From a virus (Duplodnaviria; Caudoviricetes), in IMG/VR virus record IMGVR_UViG_3300022204_000183: a DNA stretch of 42,772 nucleotides. One strand, given 5' to 3'. Shown here one piece after another: positions 8,478 to 16,508 of the stretch (positions are counted from its first letter, which is position 1; every line of letters begins with the position of its first letter). The notes beneath the pieces are model-generated. The model had not been told where the DNA came from and did not search any database. It saw only the letters and a program-made list of their open reading frames with translations. The position numbers were made by a program, and so were the translations under genes.

Positions 8478-8785
8478 ATGGTGAACAGCAGTATCCCGGT
8501 ATGGCAGGCGAAATGGAAGAGAAGGGGTCCAGTATAATCGAGTCTGAACTGGTCCAACTGCGTGAAGTTGTTGATACCGGATTAAAAATGGTGGAGGAGT
8601 TGGAAAAAAAATTATTCTCGGTACTGTCCCCACGCAAAGGTATACCACTTCCGCCACCTCAAACAGAAAACAAAGATGTTGAAAGAAAATACTCTTTATT
8701 CACCGACCAAATAAGATCCTCAAGGAGAGGTGTTCACACAATACTAGAGAGGCTTAAAGGTCTCGCTTCACGGTTAGAGGTTTAA
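8474..8785 (+). CDS. Hypothetical protein (helical)
   Basis: 103-aa coupled ORF. Confidence 0.7.
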   Translation: MNGEQQYPGMAGEMEEKGSSIIESELVQLREVVDTGLKMVEELEKKLFSVLSPRKGIPLPPPQTENKDVERKYSLFTDQIRSSRRGVHTILERLKGLASRLEV

Positions 8786-8864
8786 CGATGAATTTCAACT
8801 GCGGGGATGACGTGGCGAACAGGCGGATGCGGGGCGGCTGACAGTTTCATAGGGAGGTAGAGGC

Positions 8865-8939
8865 ATGGACGAAATAGATTTGATGGTTTTGGTTTCATGG
8901 TTGTTTCTCATATTGGAGCTGGTGGTGCTGGCATGGTGA
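8865..8939 (+). CDS. 24-aa hydrophobic micropeptide (not in ORF track)
   Basis: MDEIDLMVLVSWLFLILELVVLAW after RBS GGGAGGT; stop overlaps the next ATG. Confidence 0.45.
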   Translation: MDEIDLMVLVSWLFLILELVVLAW

Positions 8940-9091
8940 CGGCGGAGCAGAAAAGGAAACTGGAAGTGCTGAAGAAAAAATGGAAAGCGGTCTGGAACTT
9001 GCCGGAGATAGTGCAGGGGTATGCGCTCTTCGGGATAGAGAAGGCCAGGCGGAGGGTAGTTGGCGAAATTGAGCGACGGGAACGGGCATAA
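8933..9091 (+). CDS. Hypothetical protein
   Basis: MVTAEQKRKLEV...; coupled to flanking ORFs. Confidence 0.5.
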   Translation: MVTAEQKRKLEVLKKKWKAVWNLPEIVQGYALFGIEKARRRVVGEIERRERA

Positions 9092-9341
9092 GTGCGCGAG
9101 TTGCAACGATACCGGGTGGATAGATGTTTATTTGCGATGCACGTTTTGCGGGTCGTGGGCGGAAAAATGCGAGAGGTTTCAGATGAAAGATAAAACAGAC
9201 GGAGCGGGGGAGCGGGTGAAGATCAGGGCGATTATAAACGGCGTATATGTAGCGGTTGATGGGCGGGAGTTTTCGCAACGGCTCGGCCAACTGGATAAAG
9301 ATGATTGTTTGTTCGTCCCCGCAAAGAAGGAGGAGGAGTGA
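9060..9341 (+). CDS. Hypothetical Cys-rich protein
   Basis: CASC...CTFC; stop overlaps the ATG at 9341. Confidence 0.55.
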   Translation: MAKLSDGNGHKCASCNDTGWIDVYLRCTFCGSWAEKCERFQMKDKTDGAGERVKIRAIINGVYVAVDGREFSQRLGQLDKDDCLFVPAKKEEE

Positions 9342-9565
9342 TGGGAGAAAAAGTAGATCATCCCTCTCATTACGGGGGCAAAGACAATCCATATGAGGCG
9401 ATAAAAGTGATCGAGGCATGGAGCCTCGGTTTCAACTTGGGAAATGCGATCAAGTATATTTCACGCGCAGGGAGGAAAGAGGGTTCGCCACCTCGTGAAG
9501 ATTTAAAAAAAGCGGCGGGGTACCTGGATCGCGAGATTAAAAAGCATGAAAGGACGGGGAAATGA
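9341..9565 (+). CDS. DUF3310-family protein
   Basis: VDHPSHY...EAIKVIE...FNLGNAIKYISRAG.K...EDLKKA signature. Confidence 0.88.
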   Translation: MGEKVDHPSHYGGKDNPYEAIKVIEAWSLGFNLGNAIKYISRAGRKEGSPPREDLKKAAGYLDREIKKHERTGK

Positions 9566-10266
9566 AATTCACAAAGCCATATTTTCTTATCGAAGATGAA
9601 ATAGACGGGTCAAAGATATTAAATAAATTGGAGCGTGCAGGGCGCACCTGCTACAAGAGCGAAGACCGTATAACCGAAGAATCATCGCCCAAGTTTGTTA
9701 AATCGATCCTCGACAGGGGGCATGAGTCGGTTATTGAACATGAATCCGTAAGTGTCCGAATAATATGTGACCGAGGTGTAACCCATGAAATTGTCCGGCA
9801 CAGGCTTGCCTCGTACTCACAGGAATCTACTAGATACTGCAATTATGGCAAGGCCGATGGTGTTACGTTTGTGATCCCGCCTTTTTTGAGGCAGTTGGAA
9901 ATAATAGAGCCGGGGGTGAATTACAAACTTGATGACATCATCCAGGTCTTTAAAGAAAGCGCCGTTGACCAAAAAGATGATGTGTCGATTGAATGGTTTG
10001 TGGCAATGGCACAAGCTGAAAAGACATATAACAATATGCTGGCACTGGGTATGAGTCCCCAGTATGCGCGTTCAGTTTTGCCAAACAGCTTGAAAACCGA
10101 AATCGTCATGTCATGTAACTTGCGCGAGTGGCGCCATTTTTTCAACCTTCGCACAGCAAAAGCGGCGCATCCTCAAATGCGGGAAATCGCCGTTCCACTG
10201 TTAAAGGAATTCCAGAATTTAATACCGATTATTTTTGACGATATTGAACCTTTTGAAGGTGAATGA
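9562..10266 (+). CDS. thyX: FAD-dependent thymidylate synthase
   Basis: RHRLASYSQESTRY ThyX motif, GHESVIEH, ARSVLPN, NLREWRHF. Confidence 0.96.
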   Translation: MKFTKPYFLIEDEIDGSKILNKLERAGRTCYKSEDRITEESSPKFVKSILDRGHESVIEHESVSVRIICDRGVTHEIVRHRLASYSQESTRYCNYGKADGVTFVIPPFLRQLEIIEPGVNYKLDDIIQVFKESAVDQKDDVSIEWFVAMAQAEKTYNNMLALGMSPQYARSVLPNSLKTEIVMSCNLREWRHFFNLRTAKAAHPQMREIAVPLLKEFQNLIPIIFDDIEPFEGE

Positions 10267-10406
10267 GGTTTGAAATGACGATTGAAATGAATCGTGTGAC
10301 GGTTGCGGAGCTGGAACGGATGCTCACGCACGGTTACTGGTACCCGGATGTCGGGATGTTCAGTTTGTCGAGCAGGTATCTGATTATCTTCAGCGGGGTG
10401 AATTGA
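10263..10406 (+). CDS. Small hypothetical protein (47 aa; not in ORF track)
   Basis: ATGA overlap with the thyX stop; fills the gap to 10417. Confidence 0.5.
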   Translation: MRFEMTIEMNRVTVAELERMLTHGYWYPDVGMFSLSSRYLIIFSGVN

Positions 10407-10416
10407 TGGGGGACGT

Positions 10417-10938
10417 GTGAAGCTCGGAACCAAGACGCTATTATTCGGTGTCCACCAGGTGGTCATTCATCCGCTGTTGGTGACTATCGCCTGGTGCAAG
10501 CTGTATAAATCGTTTCCTTCGTTCAAGGAGCTTGTCTGCATCATCATTCACGACTGGGGATACTGGGGTAAAGCGTCTCTCAAGTGCGAGGACGGCGATC
10601 GACATCCTGAACTGGGAGCAAAAATCGCCGGGAAGCTGTTCGGGCCGGAGTGGTCGGATTTCATTCTGGGTCATTCATCTTTTTATATTGTTCGACACCA
10701 TATCAAAAGGTCGAAGTTGCTGGCACCTGATAAATACTGGCACTGTTTCACGCCGTTTTGGTTTTATCGGTGGCTGTCTGTACCTACCGGGGAGATGAAA
10801 CATTATCGAGAGCTTGGACATGCCCGTCAGGTAGCGAGATTCGAAGCGAGTGATGAAGAATGGTACGAGGAATTGAAGAGAGCGTCACAGCAGAAGGTAG
10901 ACAACTGCTATCAGATAGATAAAGAAAGGCTGGCGTAA
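10417..10938 (+). CDS. HD-domain-like phosphohydrolase
   Basis: H...IIIHDWG...HPELGA...GHS...APDK spacing like the HD superfamily. Confidence 0.6.
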   Translation: MKLGTKTLLFGVHQVVIHPLLVTIAWCKLYKSFPSFKELVCIIIHDWGYWGKASLKCEDGDRHPELGAKIAGKLFGPEWSDFILGHSSFYIVRHHIKRSKLLAPDKYWHCFTPFWFYRWLSVPTGEMKHYRELGHARQVARFEASDEEWYEELKRASQQKVDNCYQIDKERLA

Positions 10939-12032
10939 TGGGAAACACAAAAATTGAATGGACGGATGCTACATGGAACCCGGTGACGGGGTGTACGAAG
11001 ATCTCGGAGGGTTGCAAGAACTGTTATGCGGAGCGGATGGCGACGACCCGGTTATCGAAAATGCCGTCGAGCGGATACAGCCCGGAGGATCCGTTTGCCG
11101 TGACGTTGCATTCTGAAAGGTTGAATGAGCCGTTGAAGTGGATGAAACCAAAGATGGTTTTCGTCTGCTCAATGGGGGATATCTTTCATGAAGATGTGCC
11201 GTTTGAGTTTATAGCCAGAATCTTTTCAGTAATGGCCTTGAATGAACGGCATATATTTCAGATTTTGACAAAACGACCAGAGCGTATGGCCGAGTTTTTG
11301 AAATGGGTAGAAGCTTGTTACGCCAGAATGTTTGAAAATGATGAAGGCTTGCGAGTTTTGCCGAACGTCTGGCTTGGTGTGACCGCTGAGAATCAGGAGC
11401 AGGCGGATAAAAGGATCCCGATTCTATTGGATATCCCAGCGGCAAAAAGGTTCGTGAGTATAGAGCCGATGCTGGGGGAGATAGACATAAAGCCGTATAT
11501 CGGGTTGCGTTCATTGAAATGTAAGTGTGGATACCACTCTGACGAAATGGATCTTGTTCCGCGCGGTCTCTCTAGGGGTAAGGAAAATTTAATCTGCCTT
11601 GAGTGTGGATATAGAGCAGAAGAAGGTCCGGTTCTCGACTGGGTGATATGCGGCGGGGAGACGGGGCAAAATGCCAGGCCGATGAATCCTGAATGGGCTC
11701 GTTCCGTTCGTGACCAGTGCAAGGAAGCCGGGGTTCCTTTTTTCTTTAAGCAGTGGGGGGAGTGGGGGCTAAATGAATGGACAAACGGGATGTTTCCCGC
11801 TCTTGAAGAGTATCGCGGAACGATGCGAGCATTCACCATTGTTGACCATTCGAACCGGACGGAAATAGGAAAAACAACGTATAACGTATTTCCCCTTGTT
11901 GGCAATAGCTATGAAACATTAACCCGGGTCGGCAAGAAGAAGGCCGGTTGTCTGCTTGATGGAGTTGAGCATAAGGAGTTTCCACTGGATCCCCGCCTTC
12001 GCGAGGATGACAAAGAGGGGGCGGGGAGATGA
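10938..12032 (+). CDS. Phage Gp37/Gp68 (DUF5131) family protein
   Basis: TKIEWTDATWNPVTGCTKISEGCKNCYAE, SMGDIFHE, LTKRPER, WVICGGETG, FFFKQWG; has a Zn-ribbon insert. Confidence 0.93.
   Translation: MGNTKIEWTDATWNPVTGCTKISEGCKNCYAERMATTRLSKMPSSGYSPEDPFAVTLHSERLNEPLKWMKPKMVFVCSMGDIFHEDVPFEFIARIFSVMALNERHIFQILTKRPERMAEFLKWVEACYARMFENDEGLRVLPNVWLGVTAENQEQADKRIPILLDIPAAKRFVSIEPMLGEIDIKPYIGLRSLKCKCGYHSDEMDLVPRGLSRGKENLICLECGYRAEEGPVLDWVICGGETGQNARPMNPEWARSVRDQCKEAGVPFFFKQWGEWGLNEWTNGMFPALEEYRGTMRAFTIVDHSNRTEIGKTTYNVFPLVGNSYETLTRVGKKKAGCLLDGVEHKEFPLDPRLREDDKEGAGR
11985..12012 (+). repeat. 28-bp palindromic repeat, copy 4
   Basis: CTGGATCCCCGC-CTTC-GCGAGGATGACA. Confidence 0.95.
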
Positions 12033-12241
12033 CATCTCTTGAGCGGTTTTTGCTTTACGGAATGGTGTATTTGTGGGTGCTTCGAGGCATGTTCGGTTTT
12101 GTTGAAAGTGACATGTTCATAGGCTTTGTGAAGGGCTACAGCGGTAAGACGCCGGTAGAACATGCCCAGCAATTCGGCGAGAAACACCGTCCTTGGTTTA
12201 AGCGTGTGTTTTTGTCAAACGACAAAGGGGAGGGGAGATAG
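12029..12241 (+). CDS. Hypothetical membrane protein
   Basis: N-terminal hydrophobic segment; ATGA coupling. Confidence 0.6.
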   Translation: MTSLERFLLYGMVYLWVLRGMFGFVESDMFIGFVKGYSGKTPVEHAQQFGEKHRPWFKRVFLSNDKGEGR

Positions 12242-12370
12242 GTGCACAGCTGTCCTGAATGCGGTCAGGCGTGTCGCTGCGCCGGTTTTAAGTCCGACCT
12301 CGGACCGGAATACGATGAGGAGTGCACCCACTGTCTTGATAGCGATGATGACGGGGAGATGGAAGGATGA
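12242..12370 (+). CDS. 42-aa Cys-rich microprotein (not in ORF track)
   Basis: GTG start directly after the upstream stop; MHSCPECGQACRC...CTHC; ATGA overlap with the next gene. Confidence 0.55.
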   Translation: MHSCPECGQACRCAGFKSDLGPEYDEECTHCLDSDDDGEMEG

Positions 12371-12540
12371 GTGAGCAGGAGAAATTCTACGCGTTCCTGA
12401 ATGAGATGTTGGAGGCGTTCAGGGTTGTCGGTGGTGTGTTCGCCGGTTTGTTTTTGGTTTTCGTGGCGCTGATCGTGTACTGGGGGAACGAAAGAAAAAT
12501 TAAAGTGCTCATTTCAAAAATAAGGATGAGGATTAAGTGA
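12367..12540 (+). CDS. 57-aa single-TM protein (not in ORF track)
   Basis: MSEQEKFYAF...VVGGVFAGLFLVFVALIVYW...; its TGA overlaps GTG 12537 and abuts ATG 12541. Confidence 0.6.
   Translation: MSEQEKFYAFLNEMLEAFRVVGGVFAGLFLVFVALIVYWGNERKIKVLISKIRMRIK
12406..12424 (+). repeat. 19-bp direct repeat, left copy
   Basis: ATGTTGGAGGCGTTCAGGG, identical at 13964-13982. Confidence 0.9.
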
Positions 12541-13781
12541 ATGGTAATAGTGCCGAGATCACTTGTATCGAGCTTTGCGCTGGATACTCTGGAATTTCCC
12601 TCGGACTTGAACGAGTTATCCCGGGTCTGCGCGTCGTCGCTTACAGCGAGATCGAAGGTTTCGCCTGCGTCAATCTGGGAGAAAAGATGGAACGCGGGTG
12701 GCTGGATCCGGCTCCTGTCTTCACGGATCTTAAAGAGTTCCCGGGCGAAGAGTTTCGTGACAAGGTACACCTCATCACTGGCGGATATCCGTGCCAGCCG
12801 TTCTCCGCTGCCGGAAAGCGGAAAGGGGAGGACGATCCGCGACATTTATGGCCTCACATTGCACGACTCATCAAGACAGTTCGGCCTGTTTGGGTGTTCC
12901 TTGAAAACGTCGAGGGACACGTTACGCTTGGACTCTCCACAGTTGTCAGCGACCTGGGAGAGTTGGGTTATCGAACAACGTGGGGACTATTCAGCGCGTC
13001 TGAAGTCGGCGCACCTCACGGACGGAAACGGGTCTTCATTCTTGGGGAACTGGCCGACGATATGCGCCGCTCAGAATCGGAACAGTCGAGGGGCAATAAT
13101 TCTCAAGGGGACAGCGCACCAAGATCACGGTTCGGCGCTGGGATTGGAGCAGGTGGTAGAGCTTGCCGAAGGGATATTGCCAAAGGAAATGACATCCCCG
13201 GAGGAGATACCAGCAGGGCGGAAGAATCTGTGGACGACGGCGGTGAAGCGAGAGATGTGGGCGACACCAAACACACTGGATCATTTACCGGAGAGAAGCC
13301 CGGAGGCGTTGCGGCGGCAATTCAATACAACAAGGATTGGGCGGACATCTCCGGCAAATCTTCGGGAACAGATGAACCCTGCAAATTATCCGAGGCAGAT
13401 GTACCCGACACCTACGGAGCAGGATGCGAAGAACAATGCCGGCCCTTCTCAATTCGAAAGGAACTCGCTCCCGCTGAATGCGTTTGTGACCGTTGGCCAG
13501 CAGGACCGGGAGAAGAGCAGTACGGATGGGAGCCGCCGCGAACCACCAAACCATTCGTCCGTATCGCAAACCGACATGGAGGCTTTATCGACGAAGCAAG
13601 AGAAGCGGAACAACAGGAAGCTGAATCCTCGATGGGTGGAGACGCTGATGGGTTTGCCGATTGGATGGTGCAGGCCGACAGCCGACAGGATGAACTGCGG
13701 ATGCTCGGAAACGGGGTCGTACCGGCAACGGCAGCGAGAGCGTGGACAGTTTTGTACGGTCGGATGAGGGAGGGGAGATAG
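12537..13781 (+). CDS. DNA cytosine-C5 methyltransferase, catalytic (alpha-like) frame
   Basis: Motif I LCAGYSG, IV GGYPCQPFS, VI ENV, VIII HGRKRVF, X LRMLGNGVVP; no recognisable motif IX in this frame. Confidence 0.92.
   Translation: MNGNSAEITCIELCAGYSGISLGLERVIPGLRVVAYSEIEGFACVNLGEKMERGWLDPAPVFTDLKEFPGEEFRDKVHLITGGYPCQPFSAAGKRKGEDDPRHLWPHIARLIKTVRPVWVFLENVEGHVTLGLSTVVSDLGELGYRTTWGLFSASEVGAPHGRKRVFILGELADDMRRSESEQSRGNNSQGDSAPRSRFGAGIGAGGRACRRDIAKGNDIPGGDTSRAEESVDDGGEARDVGDTKHTGSFTGEKPGGVAAAIQYNKDWADISGKSSGTDEPCKLSEADVPDTYGAGCEEQCRPFSIRKELAPAECVCDRWPAGPGEEQYGWEPPRTTKPFVRIANRHGGFIDEAREAEQQEAESSMGGDADGFADWMVQADSRQDELRMLGNGVVPATAARAWTVLYGRMREGR
12541..13767 (+). CDS. Overlapping +1-frame ORF, putative beta subunit of the methyltransferase
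   Basis: 408 open codons; WPT/WTT/WATP/YPTP repeats and KLNPRWVETLMGLPIGW (motif IX-like). Confidence 0.7.
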   Translation: MVIVPRSLVSSFALDTLEFPSDLNELSRVCASSLTARSKVSPASIWEKRWNAGGWIRLLSSRILKSSRAKSFVTRYTSSLADIRASRSPLPESGKGRTIRDIYGLTLHDSSRQFGLFGCSLKTSRDTLRLDSPQLSATWESWVIEQRGDYSARLKSAHLTDGNGSSFLGNWPTICAAQNRNSRGAIILKGTAHQDHGSALGLEQVVELAEGILPKEMTSPEEIPAGRKNLWTTAVKREMWATPNTLDHLPERSPEALRRQFNTTRIGRTSPANLREQMNPANYPRQMYPTPTEQDAKNNAGPSQFERNSLPLNAFVTVGQQDREKSSTDGSRREPPNHSSVSQTDMEALSTKQEKRNNRKLNPRWVETLMGLPIGWCRPTADRMNCGCSETGSYRQRQRERGQFCTVG

Positions 13782-13964
13782 ATGGGATTGCCGGGGACAT
13801 GCCCGCTGTGTGAAAAAGTATTCATGATGGAGCATCCGAAGGAGGTTTGCGACAAGTGCAAAGGGTTCAAGCCGCATCCGCCTGTTATTGCCGAACGGGG
13901 GGAGCATGTTTCATCCGTCGTGAAGAGGCGGAATAAATCGCCGGAGAAGCTATACGGGACTTAA
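13782..13964 (+). CDS. Small Zn-ribbon protein
   Basis: CPLC...CDKC; strong RBS. Confidence 0.65.
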   Translation: MGLPGTCPLCEKVFMMEHPKEVCDKCKGFKPHPPVIAERGEHVSSVVKRRNKSPEKLYGT

Positions 13965-13982
13965 TGTTGGAGGCGTTCAGGG
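13964..13982 (+). repeat. 19-bp direct repeat, right copy
   Basis: ATGTTGGAGGCGTTCAGGG. Confidence 0.9.
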
Positions 13983-14012
13983 CGATGAATGTTTTTAAAA
14001 AAAGGAGGATCT

Positions 14013-14378
14013 ATGGCAAATGAACAGGAAATAACGTTGGAGAATGTTGGCGGGGGGGTAGCGGCGGAGCTGTTCGCTATCGAACTGGAAAAGGTAGTGG
14101 CCAACATCGCTGACCCGAACATCGAGGCGGAAGGGGTGAGGGAGATTACCCTGAAAGTCCGCTTCAAGCCGGACAAACAGCGGAAGACATCGCCGGTGGA
14201 TATATCCGTATCGTCGAAACTCGCAGGGAGACGGGCGCATTCAGCGATGGCGTATTTCGGGAAGGACCAGACAGGGCGGCCTGTGGTTATAGGCTACAAC
14301 CCAAATCAGACGACGTTCAACTTCATGCCGGAAGGCGTATCAGCAATAAACGAAAAGAAGGAGGCGAAACATGCTTGA
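14013..14378 (+). CDS. Conserved phage protein (first of a commonly paired couple)
   Basis: LENVGGG...ELEKVVANIADPN...REITLK pattern; RBS AGGAGG. Confidence 0.7.
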   Translation: MANEQEITLENVGGGVAAELFAIELEKVVANIADPNIEAEGVREITLKVRFKPDKQRKTSPVDISVSSKLAGRRAHSAMAYFGKDQTGRPVVIGYNPNQTTFNFMPEGVSAINEKKEAKHA

Positions 14379-15096
14379 AGAAGCGATGACCTATTTTAGA
14401 AATCTGGTGCAGGAGGTAACGCCGGTCGAGGAGGTGGACGGGCGAAAATACAACAACAGCGGCGGATCGCTGAAACCAATCCTTGAACCTTTTCCCGGGG
14501 TGATGGGGTTTTCTACGTTGTCCGGTCTGGTAGCCTGGGCGAAAGAGCAGGTGATCGAGATTGAAAAAGAGGGGAAGAGGGAGAAAACCCCGCCTTATTT
14601 TGTAGTTGATAGTTTCTGGCGGGTCTCTTTTTATGGGCCGGTTTGCGGGGCGTTCAAGCAACGTCCATTGATAGCCGGAGCCGACCACGTCCACAAACCG
14701 TTCCCCTTTGGGCGGGAGCACGATACGGAGGAATTTATAATCGCCCTTCAGGCGAAGTTCATCATGGACGACAACTTGAGAACCTTGCTGAGCCTTGCCA
14801 GCCGTGTTGAGGACAAAACAATCATCGGTGCCGAGGATAATGGCATTTCGCAGACGGTCACCGCCAAGAAGAGCGTCGCGACAAGGGAGAATGTGACCCT
14901 GCCGAATCCGCTGATGCTGAAACCGTTCTCGACGTTCCCGGAGATAGATCCGCCAGCGAAACCGTATGTCATGCGAGTTAAGGCCGGCCTGAAGTGGGTG
15001 CTTTACGAGACGGACGATACCGCATGGGGAGTCGAGGCGACCAAGCGGACGGCGGCATGGATAACGGCGAACTCGGAATTCAAGGTTTACTCGTAA
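14371..15096 (+). CDS. Conserved phage protein (partner of 14013..14378)
   Basis: EEFIIALQAKF...DNGISQTVT.K...LPNP..LKPF.TFPEI pattern. Confidence 0.75.
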   Translation: MLEEAMTYFRNLVQEVTPVEEVDGRKYNNSGGSLKPILEPFPGVMGFSTLSGLVAWAKEQVIEIEKEGKREKTPPYFVVDSFWRVSFYGPVCGAFKQRPLIAGADHVHKPFPFGREHDTEEFIIALQAKFIMDDNLRTLLSLASRVEDKTIIGAEDNGISQTVTAKKSVATRENVTLPNPLMLKPFSTFPEIDPPAKPYVMRVKAGLKWVLYETDDTAWGVEATKRTAAWITANSEFKVYS

Positions 15097-15147
15097 AAAT
15101 GTTAAGCCAGGGGGGGCATGTTGCCCCCTCGAAAAAAGGAGAGAAAT

Positions 15148-15357
15148 ATGGAAGTCGTAGAAAACCGGAAGAGGCCGACAGAAAAAGCCAAGTTCAGTAT
15201 GCGAGATAACAGAGGGGTCGCCGTGATCGATTGTATCGAATGCGAAAGAGGGCGGCACGGGACAGAGGAGAAGTGTTCCAGTGGTCACCACCTTAAAAAA
15301 GGGCGGCAAGGGTGTTGCTGTTCAGGAACCTTGCTAAGCACCTTAACACTGGATTGA
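15148..15357 (+). CDS. Small Cys-rich protein
   Basis: CIEC...C...CCC; RBS AGGAG. Confidence 0.6.
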   Translation: MEVVENRKRPTEKAKFSMRDNRGVAVIDCIECERGRHGTEEKCSSGHHLKKGRQGCCCSGTLLSTLTLD

Positions 15358-15370
15358 AAGGGAAAAGCTA

Positions 15371-15398
15371 CTGGATCCCCGTCTGCACGGGGATGACA
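15371..15398 (+). repeat. 28-bp palindromic repeat, copy 5 (intergenic, compensatory changes)
   Basis: CTGGATCCCCGT-CTGC-ACGGGGATGACA, perfect stem. Confidence 0.92.
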
Positions 15399-15412
15399 GG
15401 AAGGGAGGATTA

Positions 15413-15655
15413 ATGGCTAGAAAGTATTTTTGTGACGTGTGCGATACCGAATACGAGGAAGGTTCTCATCTTGTAATAAACACAGGGGGGGATCGCAAGG
15501 ATATCAGGTTTTCTGATATATGCAGGGAATGCAGGGATACGATTATGGATGCCGTCGCGACGATCGTCAAAAACAAAATTCGGTCCAGCCACGGGATACC
15601 TGAGAAGGTAGATATCGAATCGCTTGAAAAGGATATCGAGATCGTATCCTCATAG
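15413..15655 (+). CDS. Small Zn-ribbon protein
   Basis: YFCDVC...DICREC; RBS GGGAGG. Confidence 0.75.
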   Translation: MARKYFCDVCDTEYEEGSHLVINTGGDRKDIRFSDICRECRDTIMDAVATIVKNKIRSSHGIPEKVDIESLEKDIEIVSS

Positions 15656-15683
15656 ACAATGAGCAACAGGGAGAGATGAGAGA

Positions 15684-16508
15684 TTGAAAAAGGAAGGACA
15701 GGCACCGGCGTTTCAGTTTTATCCGGGTGATTTTTTATCAAATCCGCAGATAACGCTGATGACACCGGAAGAGCGCGGGGGATATATAAACCTGATCTGC
15801 TACGCATGGCAGGACGGGGAGTGTTCGTTGCCGAACGACGAGACGCTATTGGCGCGACTGTCCGGTCTGGGTGAAGGGTGGTTGAAGGGGTGTTCAACCG
15901 CGATTATGAAAATGTTTGAAGTGGACCCGAACGACAAGACGAAAATCTTTTCAACTTGGCTTCGCGACGAGCGCGAAAAGCAGAGACGACACAGGGAGGC
16001 GAGCATACGCGGGGGGAAAAACTCCGTTAAATCAAGGGGATTGGCTCTCAAGGGTACTTCAACCGGGCAGGTTGAAGGGGCGTTGAACCCTTCTTCTTCA
16101 TCTTCTTCTTCATCTTCAGACTTCAGTCATAAAAAGAAAAATATAAAAAAGGAAAAAAGCATTAACCCGGATTTTGAGAAGTTTTACGAGCTGTATCCGC
16201 GCAAGGAGGCAAAAGCCCGGGCGCTAAAAGCATTCGAGCAGTTAAAGCCGGATGAAAAGTTGCTCGGCGTGATACTCACACGTCTGGAACTCCAAGTGAA
16301 CCGCTGGAGAGCCACCGGTACCGCGTCGGAATTTATCCCCTTGCCTGCAACGTGGCTGAACGGCGAGCGGTGGGAGGACGAGGTTACGAATAAATCCAAT
16401 TCTGGCGGGAAGAAGCCCGGCGTAAACGGAACAAACGGGGCGGGGCATCGCCAGGTGAGGCCGGAACCTGCCAAAGAGCGAGATAAGGCCGGAGCGTACG
16501 ATTTATGA
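15684..16508 (+). CDS. Replication initiator (YdaU/DUF1376-like N-terminus)
   Basis: PAFQFYPGDFL...EERGGYINL..; Ser-rich linker; FEKFYELYPRK...PATWLNGERWEDE C-terminal domain; followed by a helicase loader. Confidence 0.85.
   Translation: MKKEGQAPAFQFYPGDFLSNPQITLMTPEERGGYINLICYAWQDGECSLPNDETLLARLSGLGEGWLKGCSTAIMKMFEVDPNDKTKIFSTWLRDEREKQRRHREASIRGGKNSVKSRGLALKGTSTGQVEGALNPSSSSSSSSSDFSHKKKNIKKEKSINPDFEKFYELYPRKEAKARALKAFEQLKPDEKLLGVILTRLELQVNRWRATGTASEFIPLPATWLNGERWEDEVTNKSNSGGKKPGVNGTNGAGHRQVRPEPAKERDKAGAYDL
15871..16165. other. Putative replication origin (iteron-like repeats plus A-rich tract) inside the initiator gene
   Basis: GGTTGAAGGGGTGTTCAACC palindrome at 15880-15899; TCAA/TGAA(G/C) repeats at 16048, 16059, 16073 and 16084; A-rich tract at about 16130-16160. 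Confidence 0.55.
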
